A stretch of DNA of 64,000 bases from Verrucomicrobiia bacterium. Lineage in GTDB: Bacteria > Verrucomicrobiota > Verrucomicrobiia > Limisphaerales > UBA1319. The stretch spans positions 3,744,001-3,808,000 of the forward strand of contig OY760937.1 in the NCBI GenBank assembly GCA_963664225.1, written 5' to 3'. The notes below the pieces were generated by a model. The model saw nothing but the letters and a program-made list of their open reading frames with translations. It searched no databases and was not told the origin of the DNA. This document shows positions 21,813-31,192 of this stretch, piece by piece. Position 1 is the stretch's first letter; every line of letters begins with the position of its first letter. Both the position numbers and the translations under genes were made by a program.

Positions 21813-22482
21813 AGTCTTCTAAAGCGCCGAGGACTTTCCTTAAAGAGGCGAGCCGCTGGTCTTGTAGGGCGGCTTCATCGACTGGCATCGGCGATAAGGT
21901 CTTCCGACGCGAGTCGGCCAACTGGTCGAGCTCATCGCGTCCCGAGCGAGAAATTCTGCCGGTCGCTTCCAGTCGCACCAACTCACGGAAACGCTGCTCC
22001 GAAATTTCATCCCATGCCACAGCCGGTGCAGTAGACAGGATGGTGGGGGCATTAGCTCTTTCCGTTTCCTCGCAAAGAGCAAGCCAATCAGCGGGTGGCC
22101 GACTATGCAAATAATCGAAGGCGGCATCTGCAGCATTGGCAATGTCAGGGTCGCAATAGCCGAGAAATGGGACCAGAGCAATACAGTGACCACGCCCCGC
22201 CAGACGGTGAGCCTTCAGTGCATGAATCTGAGTGATTATCGTTCCCTTAACTTGTGGGTCTACGCTCGGCTGAGGCGAAACGCGATCACCGACCTGACAA
22301 TGAGTTTGGATCAAATTCAACTCAAGATATTCAACGTAATCCTCGATCACAGCCGAGTGGCTCTGTTTGCGGTTTCTTGGCATCTGCTGCCAGAGTGCGC
22401 CCGCGGCTACGTTAACGGTATCGACGAGCCGTCGTATGGTTTCCCAGAAATCTGGAGCCAGAGCTATCTGTGTAGTGGGCAT
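21766..22482 (-). CDS. Hypothetical protein between the receiver and HNH genes
   Basis: Open frame in an operon context, overlaps the HNH start; ATG at 22482 preferred. Confidence 0.7.
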   Translation of the reverse strand: MPTTQIALAPDFWETIRRLVDTVNVAAGALWQQMPRNRKQSHSAVIEDYVEYLELNLIQTHCQVGDRVSPQPSVDPQVKGTIITQIHALKAHRLAGRGHCIALVPFLGYCDPDIANAADAAFDYLHSRPPADWLALCEETERANAPTILSTAPAVAWDEISEQRFRELVRLEATGRISRSGRDELDQLADSRRKTLSPMPVDEAALQDQRLASLRKVLGALEDYVKGFTSTNSPRPGA

Positions 22483-22495
22483 AGAATGGTCCTCG

Positions 22496-22903
22496 CTATG
22501 CCCCGAGCATCTTCTTAACAAAATCCGCAAAAGCAAAAGGTGAAACCTCAAACTTCGCCTTACACAGGGTTCCCTGAGGCAACACCTGAACCACTTCGGG
22601 GTCGTTGTAGTTCGTCAAAGCCACTAATGGCACACCAGGGAATTTCTTGCGGATAGCTTGGCTGATGAACACACCAGAGCGAAGCCCGCCGTCGGTTTCT
22701 TCCAGCGTTAGACGAGAGCCCGGCGGCATCATCATGTCCAGAACGATGATGTTTGGAGGTTGTGATGTGGCATCGTCAAGCCACTTGAAGGTTTCGTCCG
22801 TGGAATCAATCTGTCTGACCTCCAAGCCGCGAATTTGTAAGGCCTCAATGTAATAATCCATCGGACCGTGGTCGTCATCGATGAGAATAGCGGTGAACTT
22901 CAT
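22496..22903 (-). CDS. Stand-alone response regulator receiver domain
   Basis: ILIDDD, VLDMMMP, VALT, conserved K; ATGA overlap with the kinase stop at 22900. Confidence 0.88.
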   Translation of the reverse strand: MKFTAILIDDDHGPMDYYIEALQIRGLEVRQIDSTDETFKWLDDATSQPPNIIVLDMMMPPGSRLTLEETDGGLRSGVFISQAIRKKFPGVPLVALTNYNDPEVVQVLPQGTLCKAKFEVSPFAFADFVKKMLGA

Positions 22904-25542
22904 AATTGTTGCAAACGATTCATTTTCGGAGACATATGACGTAACGCGCCGGGCAGGCGTATCGTCACCCGGGTAGGCTCTCGCGGGGATGAGAATTCGA
23001 CGGTCCCGCAATGCACACTGATAACCGCCTTGACGATTGCCAGCCCGATTCCCATACCGGCGACGTCGCGGTGCTGAGAACTAAGCTTCCCGCGAACACC
23101 TGCGAGGAACATGGTTTCGCCCTTTTCATCGCCTTTGTCCAAGCCGATGCCCCAATCCTCGACTTCGATGACATAGGAAGTCGGGTTCTTGGGCTCGCCT
23201 TCCACACCCACTCTGACATCCACTCGGAAGGAGTCCGCGCCGTCGTTGTATTTGATCGCGTTGACGAGGAGGTTGAAGAAGACCTGTTGGAACATCAGAC
23301 GGTCCACTTCAAGCCAGGGAATCACCCCCTGAAACTGGGCAATGTGGATTCGGTCATCGGGCAGGCGATGCTTCTTTAGCAAGGCCTTAAGCTGATTCCG
23401 CACTGGAATCAAAACCCTGGTTGCCAGATCGGTGCGCTCGAACTTCGGCTTCAACTCGTCTATGATGGCCCCAAAGAGGTTCACGTTGTCCACAAGGCGA
23501 CTCATCAACGCCTGATATGAAAAGATGTCGTCAATGTAGTCGGCACCGAACTCGCTTTTGAGATCCGTAATGCGGCGCTCTTTCAGACGTTCCCGGAGGA
23601 AGTCAGCCGCTCCCGTGATTCCAACGAGCGGATTCTGCAATTCGTGGGCGAGGCGAGTCAAAGCGAATGACTGCCGTCGTTGGTTGATGAGCAGGTCCAA
23701 ATGAGGAAGCGCTGTCTGAATGATCGCATCGAGTCTTGCTGCGTCGTCATCCGTAAACGCGGTCGAGGTATGCCCCACTCCTCTTGAAATCCTGTTGTGA
23801 AGCCGAACAACGCCAATGAGATTACCGCCTCGTCGAGCCAGCGGAGCCGCAAGGCACTCTCGCCGATCGAGCGTCGTCAATTCAAATGACCTTCCCTTGT
23901 GCGCCTCGTTAGAAAACTGCATTTCACGCTCCTTCCAAGTGCGACCCGTCATACCTTCCCCTTCAAGATAGTAGTGCTCGCTTTCAGGAACGTCCTTGTC
24001 CCATTCGATTCGGCTTCTGGCTTCGCCTACGGGTTCGAGTCGGGTCTGGGATTCATCCACGAGCCAGATTGTCGCCTTTTCACAATGGAATAGTCGCTCG
24101 AGGTGGTGCATGAGGGCATTCACGAAAGGGACGACCCCGTTTCTGACTTCTCCACACAGATGGGCCGTGGCCCCTGCCGACGCAGAGCACATCTCGTCAG
24201 TCAGGTAATCTGCCCAAACCGAGATCAGATCGGCATAATGTTCAGCCCAGCGACATTCGTCCTCCGCCATCTCGCCATGCCGCACTGGAAGCTCCCTCTC
24301 GACGAAGACATTCAGAATATAGCGGATGTGATGAGCGTTGGAAGAATTGAAGACGGGTACGGTTATCATCCAGCGCGACTTGAGTTTCCTGAGCAGCTCC
24401 TGGTCGTCAAATTGGGATTGGATACCCTTATCGGATAGGTCGTGACACAACACCCTAGAGCTCTCGACGACACTTCCGGTAAGAGAATTCTTCCGATCGT
24501 ATCTTACCTTGAATGCTTGCGGGAGGTACTCAGCGAGCGAGGCAGCGAGCATGTAGAGCTCATCGGTAAAAGGGTTGTAGCTCCACAGCATGACCGCTTC
24601 CGCTTCGAAAGCACTTCGGAGTAGACGGACGGCCAAGGGGTAAAACACATCAGGACCACGAACGGGTGCTGAGGCAAACTGGCGGGCCATTTGGACCTCT
24701 TGTAGCATTTGGCCGGCAGAGGCTTGGAACAGACTACGGTGGCGTTTCTTCTCCAACTCGGCAACTTGCTCGGCCTTCGGGGAGAAAGCTCGAAAATACT
24801 TCCCAGCCCACTTGGTCGCCCAAAATGCGCAGGTGAATGCAGCATGTTCTCTAGAAACTTCAAAGTGATCTTGTTCCAAAATCACCCAGCCATTGAAACC
24901 GATCTTGTGGAGTGTTTCCATCACCTTCTCAACGGGTACGATCCCCTCGCCGGGTGGGCAAAATCCGTGCGCGTAGCGGTGGGACCATCGCCCATAATCC
25001 GGTTTCCAGTCTTTGATATGTACGGCGGCCAGGAGGCCGAGAGCCTGATATTTTTTGACGGCTGCCACAGGATCATCTTCGGCCACGATGGCGTGGGCTG
25101 TGTCGATGATCACCTTTAAATTATGAGAGGACACCTTTTCCAGACGAGCGTCGACGTGTTTCAACTTGCGCACTGGCATAAACCAGTGCGGATGGAGAGC
25201 GAGTGTGAACGGGTTCGGAGGCTCCAATGCTTGGTCACACGCGTCCGTCCAAGAATCAATGTAAAGGTACGCGGAGCGGTCATTTCCGCAAAACGCCATC
25301 CGTTCCTCCAATGTCCCGCCAACTAGGCCTATCAATTCGAGACCATGTGCGTGAAGGCGCTCCTTGAGGCTTTGTAGGGTGCCGACGGGCCGGGCAGTCC
25401 CGTTCTCCCGCACGTAGATGTCACGGTGGTTCTGACCGAACTCCACGCCCTCATACCCGCAGGCCGCGACGACCGCCAGTAGGCCGTCGAGATCGTCGAT
25501 CCGACGTCCCCAGACTACGGTTTGGAAACCAAGTCGCATCAT
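22900..25542 (-). CDS. Sugar phosphate isomerase/AP-endonuclease-2-like TIM barrel + probable 2x GAF + histidine kinase
   Basis: GYEGVE, ALHPH, DTAH, HIKD, PGEG, GWVILEQD (IolE/xylose-isomerase-like barrel); GAF-like EGMTG..LAAPL..IGVVRLHN..FTDDD; HELQNPL, NAIKY, DWGIG, GMGIGL. Confidence 0.87.
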   Translation of the reverse strand: MMRLGFQTVVWGRRIDDLDGLLAVVAACGYEGVEFGQNHRDIYVRENGTARPVGTLQSLKERLHAHGLELIGLVGGTLEERMAFCGNDRSAYLYIDSWTDACDQALEPPNPFTLALHPHWFMPVRKLKHVDARLEKVSSHNLKVIIDTAHAIVAEDDPVAAVKKYQALGLLAAVHIKDWKPDYGRWSHRYAHGFCPPGEGIVPVEKVMETLHKIGFNGWVILEQDHFEVSREHAAFTCAFWATKWAGKYFRAFSPKAEQVAELEKKRHRSLFQASAGQMLQEVQMARQFASAPVRGPDVFYPLAVRLLRSAFEAEAVMLWSYNPFTDELYMLAASLAEYLPQAFKVRYDRKNSLTGSVVESSRVLCHDLSDKGIQSQFDDQELLRKLKSRWMITVPVFNSSNAHHIRYILNVFVERELPVRHGEMAEDECRWAEHYADLISVWADYLTDEMCSASAGATAHLCGEVRNGVVPFVNALMHHLERLFHCEKATIWLVDESQTRLEPVGEARSRIEWDKDVPESEHYYLEGEGMTGRTWKEREMQFSNEAHKGRSFELTTLDRRECLAAPLARRGGNLIGVVRLHNRISRGVGHTSTAFTDDDAARLDAIIQTALPHLDLLINQRRQSFALTRLAHELQNPLVGITGAADFLRERLKERRITDLKSEFGADYIDDIFSYQALMSRLVDNVNLFGAIIDELKPKFERTDLATRVLIPVRNQLKALLKKHRLPDDRIHIAQFQGVIPWLEVDRLMFQQVFFNLLVNAIKYNDGADSFRVDVRVGVEGEPKNPTSYVIEVEDWGIGLDKGDEKGETMFLAGVRGKLSSQHRDVAGMGIGLAIVKAVISVHCGTVEFSSPREPTRVTIRLPGALRHMSPKMNRLQQL

Positions 25543-26556
25543 AAAGTAAGAGGCATTACCTTTTGTAACGCTCGTTCTAAGCCGAGATGGTGCCCCATGG
25601 GAAACCGGAATTTACCTTCCAATTCGGGTTGAATTGTGGTGTGACGGCTAGAGGCATTCGTGATTCGCATTTCGGAGTTCGTAATTTGTTCGCGTTTCGC
25701 GGTGTGGTTAGGCAGCGCGTCCTGGTTGCGGTTCATGCGTCTACCCACGCGGTATTTCACCGTCATGGCACCGAAATCAGCAGCCAACGAACTGATGGTC
25801 GTATTTGCTGCGGCACTGGAGTCGGTAGCTGCCGCCAAAGACATCCGGCGTTTGAGTTGCATTCGCACTGGGCTAATAGAATGCATGTGTGGCAGCTTTT
25901 AGGCAAGTCTTTTTAGCAACTTTGTTTGCAGCCTTTTCAAGTGCTTTTACAATAAATCCATTATTTCAGGCTTCTCGCTGCTTTACTCGCCTTGGCGGAT
26001 TTGAGGCGAATGGAAATGGTAGGCACATTGATTCTGGATGCCGTTGTCTATAGATTTGCAGCAATTCATGAAAGGGGCATCTGTTTAACGCAAGCGTCCC
26101 CTATATGTTGATTCATTTCGCGAAGGCCAGTCCCTTTGAACGCTGCAGGTTGTCGTCATCCGCATAAGGCCTGCTGAATATCGTCAGGGTATGCCCCATT
26201 TGCGTTTCAGCCAAACCCTCCTCGTCGAAACACCCCATACGATTTGCAATCCCCAGATGGCGTGTTTTCGCCAACGACTTAGATGCAAGGCTCCATTCCT
26301 GCCGCGAAGCGAGCCAACGCCGTAAAGCCTGGATCACAATCCCCATATCATCGGCTAGCCCACCTCAGCCGCCGTAGCTGGCCTCTATGCCATAGCAGTC
26401 TTGAACCTCTTGATGGCCGATCGCTAGTCTCTGGAATTTGAGCGCGAAACCTGCTATTTTAATTTTACTGGGTAACATTGTTCCGAGCGGCAACGAGGAT
26501 TTACGGCGTGCGGTTGGTGGGATTCTAACTGGAGAGTGAAACGTTCCGGTTGAAAA

Positions 26557-26955
26557 TCAAGCCTCGGATTTGCGTTTTTCTTTGACCAGAAGGATGGATA
26601 AGCCGACCCAGGCATCGATGAGTTTTCGCAGGCGCTTGTGATTGGCCAGTTGGGCGCGGACTTCCTTGACCTTTTCAGGGGGTACGAACCGGGAGGTGGG
26701 GTGTCCCAGATGGACGTAGCTCACCTTGTAATAGGGACCGTGACGCCGTGGTTTGACGGGATCCTTGCAGCGGCAGCCGATTTTTCCGCAAACATTGTAT
26801 TGCCGGGAGAGGCTGCCCGGATGCAGGGGGCCTAAATCCAGGAGCTCTTTTTTGATCGCGGCGATCTTCTGTTCGATTTTTTGAATACGCAGTGTGTCGT
26901 TCATGTCCGATACTCTAAATATGGTATCGGATATTGCAAGCGCGTTTTTCAACAA
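26557..26955 (-). CDS. IS-associated zinc-ribbon accessory protein (DUF6788-like)
   Basis: GSLSRQYNVCGKIGCRCK..HGPYY; lies inside the IS IRs. Confidence 0.75.
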   Translation of the reverse strand: MLKNALAISDTIFRVSDMNDTLRIQKIEQKIAAIKKELLDLGPLHPGSLSRQYNVCGKIGCRCKDPVKPRRHGPYYKVSYVHLGHPTSRFVPPEKVKEVRAQLANHKRLRKLIDAWVGLSILLVKEKRKSEA

Positions 26956-28390
26956 TTATCCAAAAAGATCCCAGGTCCTCTGGCGGGCCTGGATGCGGGC
27001 GGTCGAACCTCTGCGGCCCGCCTGCGCCCGAAGCTCCACCTTCCTGTGGCTGACCGTGGTGCTGGCCGGGTTGTGCATTCGTCCGGACCTGGCCGGGGTC
27101 ACCAGTCTGGTCCGCGGGCTGGGGCTCTCCGGGGCCAGTTACCATTGCCTGCTTCATTTCTTTCATTCCAACGCGCTGCGGTTGGACACGCTGACCCTGC
27201 TGTGGAGCCGGACGCTGGAACGGATTCTGGCCCGGAGGCTGGTGCGGGTCAAAGGACGGCCCATTCTCCTGGTCGACGGGCTCAAACGGGGCAAGGAGGG
27301 CCGCAAGATGCCCGCCGTCAAAAGCCTCCACCAGGAGTCGGGCTCCAACTCCAAGGCGAGCTTTATTATGGGACACTCGATTCAGGCTGTCGCCCTGCTG
27401 GCGCAGGCCGCAGGGGTGTGCATGGCGGTGCCCGTCACCGCCCGGATTCATGAGGGTCTGCGATGGTCAAACCGCGACCGGCGCACCTTGCTCGACAAAT
27501 TGGGGTCCCTCATTTTGGGACTCCACTGGAGTGAACCGGTCCTCGTCGTGGCCGATGCCTATTACGCGGCCGCCAAATTCGCCCGGGCTCTTCTGGGTCA
27601 GGGTCATCATCTGGTCACCCGCCTCAGAACCACCGCCGTCGCCTATTTCCCCGAGCCATCCCCAGGGACCAAAGGGCGTGGACGGCCCAAAACCTATGAA
27701 AACAAGACCAAACTCAAGACGTGGTTTCGCCATGCCAAGCAATTCACCAAGGCCCCCAGTCCGGTCTATGGCGCGAAAGACGTGACTTTGCGCTTCCTGA
27801 GCGCCGATCTGCTCTGGCGTCAATTGGGGCGGGTGGTACGCTTTGTCTGGGTGGATCATCCCACGCGCGGTCGAATGGTCCTCCTTTGCACGGATGTGAC
27901 CCTCGAACCGATGGAGATTCTCCGGCTTTATGGTTGGCGTTTCAAAATTGAGGTGGGGTTCAAAGCCGCCATTCACACCGCTGGCGCCTATGCCTACCAT
28001 TTCTGGATGCAGGACATGACGCCCATTGAGCGGGGCAGCGGCAAACAGCATGTCCATCACAAGTCAGAAGCCTATCGCCAAGACATCCGGCGCAAGCTTG
28101 GGGCTTATGAGCGCCACATCCAACTCGGACTCATTGCCCAGGGATTGATGCAATACCTGGCGCTCCACTTCCGGCGCGTTGCCTGGTTCAATTTCCACAC
28201 CTATATTCGCACCGCAGTCCCCCAGAAACCCCCTTCCGAATGGGTCGTTTCCCAGGCCCTGTGCCATACGTGGCCGGAATTTCTCCGCAGTTCAGCCCAA
28301 AGTCTTTCCCTCAAGAAATTCCTGTCCTCCAAAACAGACCCGCGATTCTGTAGATATTCAGACGCCTTCAACCTCGACAAGGCTGCCTGA
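26894..28390 (+). CDS. DDE transposase
   Basis: LVDG..KEGRKMPAV, VADAYY, GRGRPKTY, YGWRFKIEVGFK. Confidence 0.9.
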   Translation: MSFMSDTLNMVSDIASAFFNNYPKRSQVLWRAWMRAVEPLRPACARSSTFLWLTVVLAGLCIRPDLAGVTSLVRGLGLSGASYHCLLHFFHSNALRLDTLTLLWSRTLERILARRLVRVKGRPILLVDGLKRGKEGRKMPAVKSLHQESGSNSKASFIMGHSIQAVALLAQAAGVCMAVPVTARIHEGLRWSNRDRRTLLDKLGSLILGLHWSEPVLVVADAYYAAAKFARALLGQGHHLVTRLRTTAVAYFPEPSPGTKGRGRPKTYENKTKLKTWFRHAKQFTKAPSPVYGAKDVTLRFLSADLLWRQLGRVVRFVWVDHPTRGRMVLLCTDVTLEPMEILRLYGWRFKIEVGFKAAIHTAGAYAYHFWMQDMTPIERGSGKQHVHHKSEAYRQDIRRKLGAYERHIQLGLIAQGLMQYLALHFRRVAWFNFHTYIRTAVPQKPPSEWVVSQALCHTWPEFLRSSAQSLSLKKFLSSKTDPRFCRYSDAFNLDKAA

Positions 28391-28512
28391 ACGTTTCACT
28401 GTCCAGATTCTAATAATAACAACTCCTAAGAAATTCTCAACAAAAAGGGATTAGACGTGAAGAGGGCTTCATTTTTTGAATGGAATGTGCATTTGTATGA
28501 ACAATCCACTTT

Positions 28513-29139
28513 TCAACTGTGCCTGTAATCTCGTAACGAGGAACATCCATCGAGTTTAGCGGAGATGATGGCGTTATTGGAGGCATCAAGAATCTGAAGT
28601 GCCGACATTCCGGTGAGATCGAGGCGTGTCAAACGGTTCGACTCGCAATTGAGCACCCGTAGCGACGTCAGATGGCGCACCTCAAGCTCTGTTAGCAAAT
28701 TGTGGCCCACGTCGAGCGCCTGTAATTCCGTTATTCCATCAAGATTCAGATCGGCCAGTTTGTTGAAGCAACAATCAAGGAATTTCAGGGAAATGAAACC
28801 CCTTATGTCCAATTGGGTCAATCCGTTCCCGTGGCAATCAAGTGAAGTAATGTCACCCAGCGGCGTGGTGTCCTTAAATCCGGCGCAGGACCAAAAATGA
28901 ATGAATCTGCTGCAAGCGAGCGAGACCTGGGCGGCATTGCTGACCAGAATGGTGCCGTCCTCCATTTTCCATGCGACAAACCCCGTAGTTGATTCAGCTT
29001 CAATGAGATAACGTTGTTTTCCGCCATTTGAAGCATATCCAATGTGCTCGGCTGGTGAGATCAATGACTCGGGAAGATTGGGTTGAGAGTCCATGGTGGT
29101 GAAACCGAGTGAATGGAAGGCTGGTCCTTGCGTCCCCAA
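28513..29139 (-). CDS. Leucine-rich repeat protein
   Basis: Five to six LxxLDCxxNxLxxL units. Confidence 0.85.
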   Translation of the reverse strand: MGTQGPAFHSLGFTTMDSQPNLPESLISPAEHIGYASNGGKQRYLIEAESTTGFVAWKMEDGTILVSNAAQVSLACSRFIHFWSCAGFKDTTPLGDITSLDCHGNGLTQLDIRGFISLKFLDCCFNKLADLNLDGITELQALDVGHNLLTELEVRHLTSLRVLNCESNRLTRLDLTGMSALQILDASNNAIISAKLDGCSSLRDYRHS

Positions 29140-29190
29140 TCATAAATCGAATGATATTTAAGGTGTCAACATCTAAAGCTACGAGGCCGT

Positions 29191-29526
29191 TCAATCATTG
29201 TTTTTGCCGTGCGATGCGGCTAGTCGGAGCAATTCTGAGCCGGTAATTTCCAAACTGGCTGCGAGCAACAAAACCTCAAAATCTGAAACCCAACGAATAC
29301 GTGATTCGATCTTGGCGAGGGTTTCACGGCTTATGTCCCACCCTGCGAGGTTAAGCTTTGCGGCTAAGTCCGCTTGTGTGAGTCCCTTTTTTTCGCGCAG
29401 ATGGCGTACCACCGGGCCAACAATGTTTCGGGGCTTTTTCATATGTTCCAAAAACGGAACTTGACCGTAACGGAAAAAGTGCGATGGTATGTTCCGAATA
29501 CAGAACAGAAGACTATTTATGTTCAA
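29191..29526 (-). CDS. XRE-family HTH transcriptional regulator
   Basis: NIVGPVVRHLREKKGLTQADLAAKL..ISRETLAKIE. Confidence 0.88.
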   Translation of the reverse strand: MNINSLLFCIRNIPSHFFRYGQVPFLEHMKKPRNIVGPVVRHLREKKGLTQADLAAKLNLAGWDISRETLAKIESRIRWVSDFEVLLLAASLEITGSELLRLAASHGKNND

Positions 29527-29808
29527 ACGAAGGCTCGGTCAGAGTGTGAATGCAACCCAGTGTTCGGGTGGCTATTATTGCCCCCAGATTCTTGAAATGA
29601 GTTGCGGAGATTTTGCCGCAATCGGACCTGACATAACCAGCGAAGCGGCTGGATCACTCCCGCCCGGCCCTGGGGTGGGGCCAACGGAGCGCATCATACG
29701 AATTCCTCGCGATGTAATGGTGGCCGCACGACCCGATATTCCCCGGTCGATCTAGCGGCAAAAACTGTTGGCTTGCCATGCCTGTGCCGGTTCCTTTAGT
29801 AAGGAATT

Positions 29809-30257
29809 GTGGCAGAGTCTATTGCATGGATTAAAATAAACTGGTTCCAGGTCGTGCAAACGGTCGGAATCATGTGCGGTCTTTGGTTTACCGCAGCTTC
29901 TTTCCGTCAGGCCGCAAAAGCAAGGAAGCGAAAAATATCCTCGCGCTGTCAGAACAACACCGCGCCCTATGGAATGAAGCGCGCCATCGCGAAGAACTCC
30001 TACGCGTATTCCAAGCTGACAATTCGTTATCAACAAAACCGATTACAACCTCCGAAGAGGTTTTCTTAAATGAAGTCATTGTCTACTACGAGACCGGTTG
30101 GCAAATGGCGAAAGCGGGAACCGTTTTGACTTTGAAAAGTTTGGCGGCCGACATCCAAGGTTTTTTCAATCTTCCCCTTCCAAGAGCAATCTGGGAAAAG
30201 ACCAAGAAATATCGCAATCCCAAGTTTGTCCGGTTTGTCGAGGATGCGATGGGATAG
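29809..30257 (+). pseudogene. Frameshifted small membrane-anchored hypothetical protein
   Basis: TM N-terminus (WFQVVQTVGIMCGLWFTA) in one frame continues as EAKNILALSEQHRALW in another; 1-nt slip near 29925. Confidence 0.6.
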
Positions 30258-30334
30258 GAAAATGCTTCATCTCCATTCAGGATGCTTACGGCTTTGGCGG
30301 TCTATTGCCGTTGAGCGGTTCACTGAATCACATG

Positions 30335-31192
30335 TCATTTCTTTGGGGAAATCTTTGAGGAGACTCCGGGCTTTTGAGAGTTTGCTAAAACCTGTTTTGG
30401 TCTCGGTCTGGGTCGATATGCCGCCGATCTCGTTTGCCGTTCCTCGACGTTCACAACAGAATTCCCGGCGGCAGCCGCAACGTTGACGCGTAAATCCAAC
30501 GGCATATCTTTGTCCAAAGGCTTATACAGGTATGTGTTTTCCAATGGTGTGTTGCCCAACAAGGCGGTTTCCAACTGTTCCGCCTCAATCTTGGAATCAA
30601 TGGCATCCAGATATCGGGAGTAAATGGCTTCATCCTGTTTAATGATAAGCAAACGACAAAAGCAGAGTGAAAGGACAAGGACACATCCCAGCGGCATGGC
30701 AAAGGCGAGCAAAACGACAGAGGCCGCAATCTTCGTCAGAATTTCAGTCCCGGGGTCTTTAATTCGTGATTCGCCCCGGGTCATTGAGTGGCGCGGAATT
30801 GGTGAATTACGCCGACGGCTTGCCTTGGATTTCTCGCTTATTGCCAGGCCAATGAATGCAGTGATAACAAGAAGCCCTAAAAAAACGGAAAACAGATTTC
30901 CGTGATCAAGTATTTTCGCGAGCGGCCCGAGCCCAATGACCCCCAATATCTTTGCGCCCAACACCCCGCAAAAGGAACTCAGGAGCGTCGCGAAAAACCA
31001 AAGAAAAACGCCCACGCCCACTGAGTTGCTGTCAAAATATCGCTCGCCCATGTTCTTGCGAAAGAAGACTTCACTGGCAGAGGCGATCCCCTTAAGAAAA
31101 CGCGGGGCGACGGCACCAACAGCGCGTTGGGAAAAGCCATAAAGCGTATCCTCAAAGGCACGGCCAGGATCATTCAAATAATCGGGTCTCAT
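30335..31192 (-). CDS. Multi-pass membrane protein coupled to the T4CP gene
   Basis: Three to four hydrophobic segments; its start overlaps the T4CP 3' end. Confidence 0.75.
   Translation of the reverse strand: MRPDYLNDPGRAFEDTLYGFSQRAVGAVAPRFLKGIASASEVFFRKNMGERYFDSNSVGVGVFLWFFATLLSSFCGVLGAKILGVIGLGPLAKILDHGNLFSVFLGLLVITAFIGLAISEKSKASRRRNSPIPRHSMTRGESRIKDPGTEILTKIAASVVLLAFAMPLGCVLVLSLCFCRLLIIKQDEAIYSRYLDAIDSKIEAEQLETALLGNTPLENTYLYKPLDKDMPLDLRVNVAAAAGNSVVNVEERQTRSAAYRPRPRPKQVLANSQKPGVSSKISPKK

Larger units (their letters stand above)
26529..28406 (+). mobile_element. Insertion sequence (IS701/IS4-like DDE) with a divergent accessory gene
   Basis: IRs ctggagagtgaaacgttc / gaacgtttcactgtccag; 7-bp target duplication attctaa (26522-26528, 28407-28413). 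Confidence 0.9.

Noticed and set aside
20007..22000. DGR template/variable repeat pair, or a retron linked to the HNH gene
   Set aside because: No reverse transcriptase in the window; the copies are identical, and mismatches in the diverged flank are not adenine-specific.
25539..26400. Short ORFs upstream of the TIM-barrel kinase, including a faint HTH-like stretch
   Set aside because: Too degenerate to support a call.
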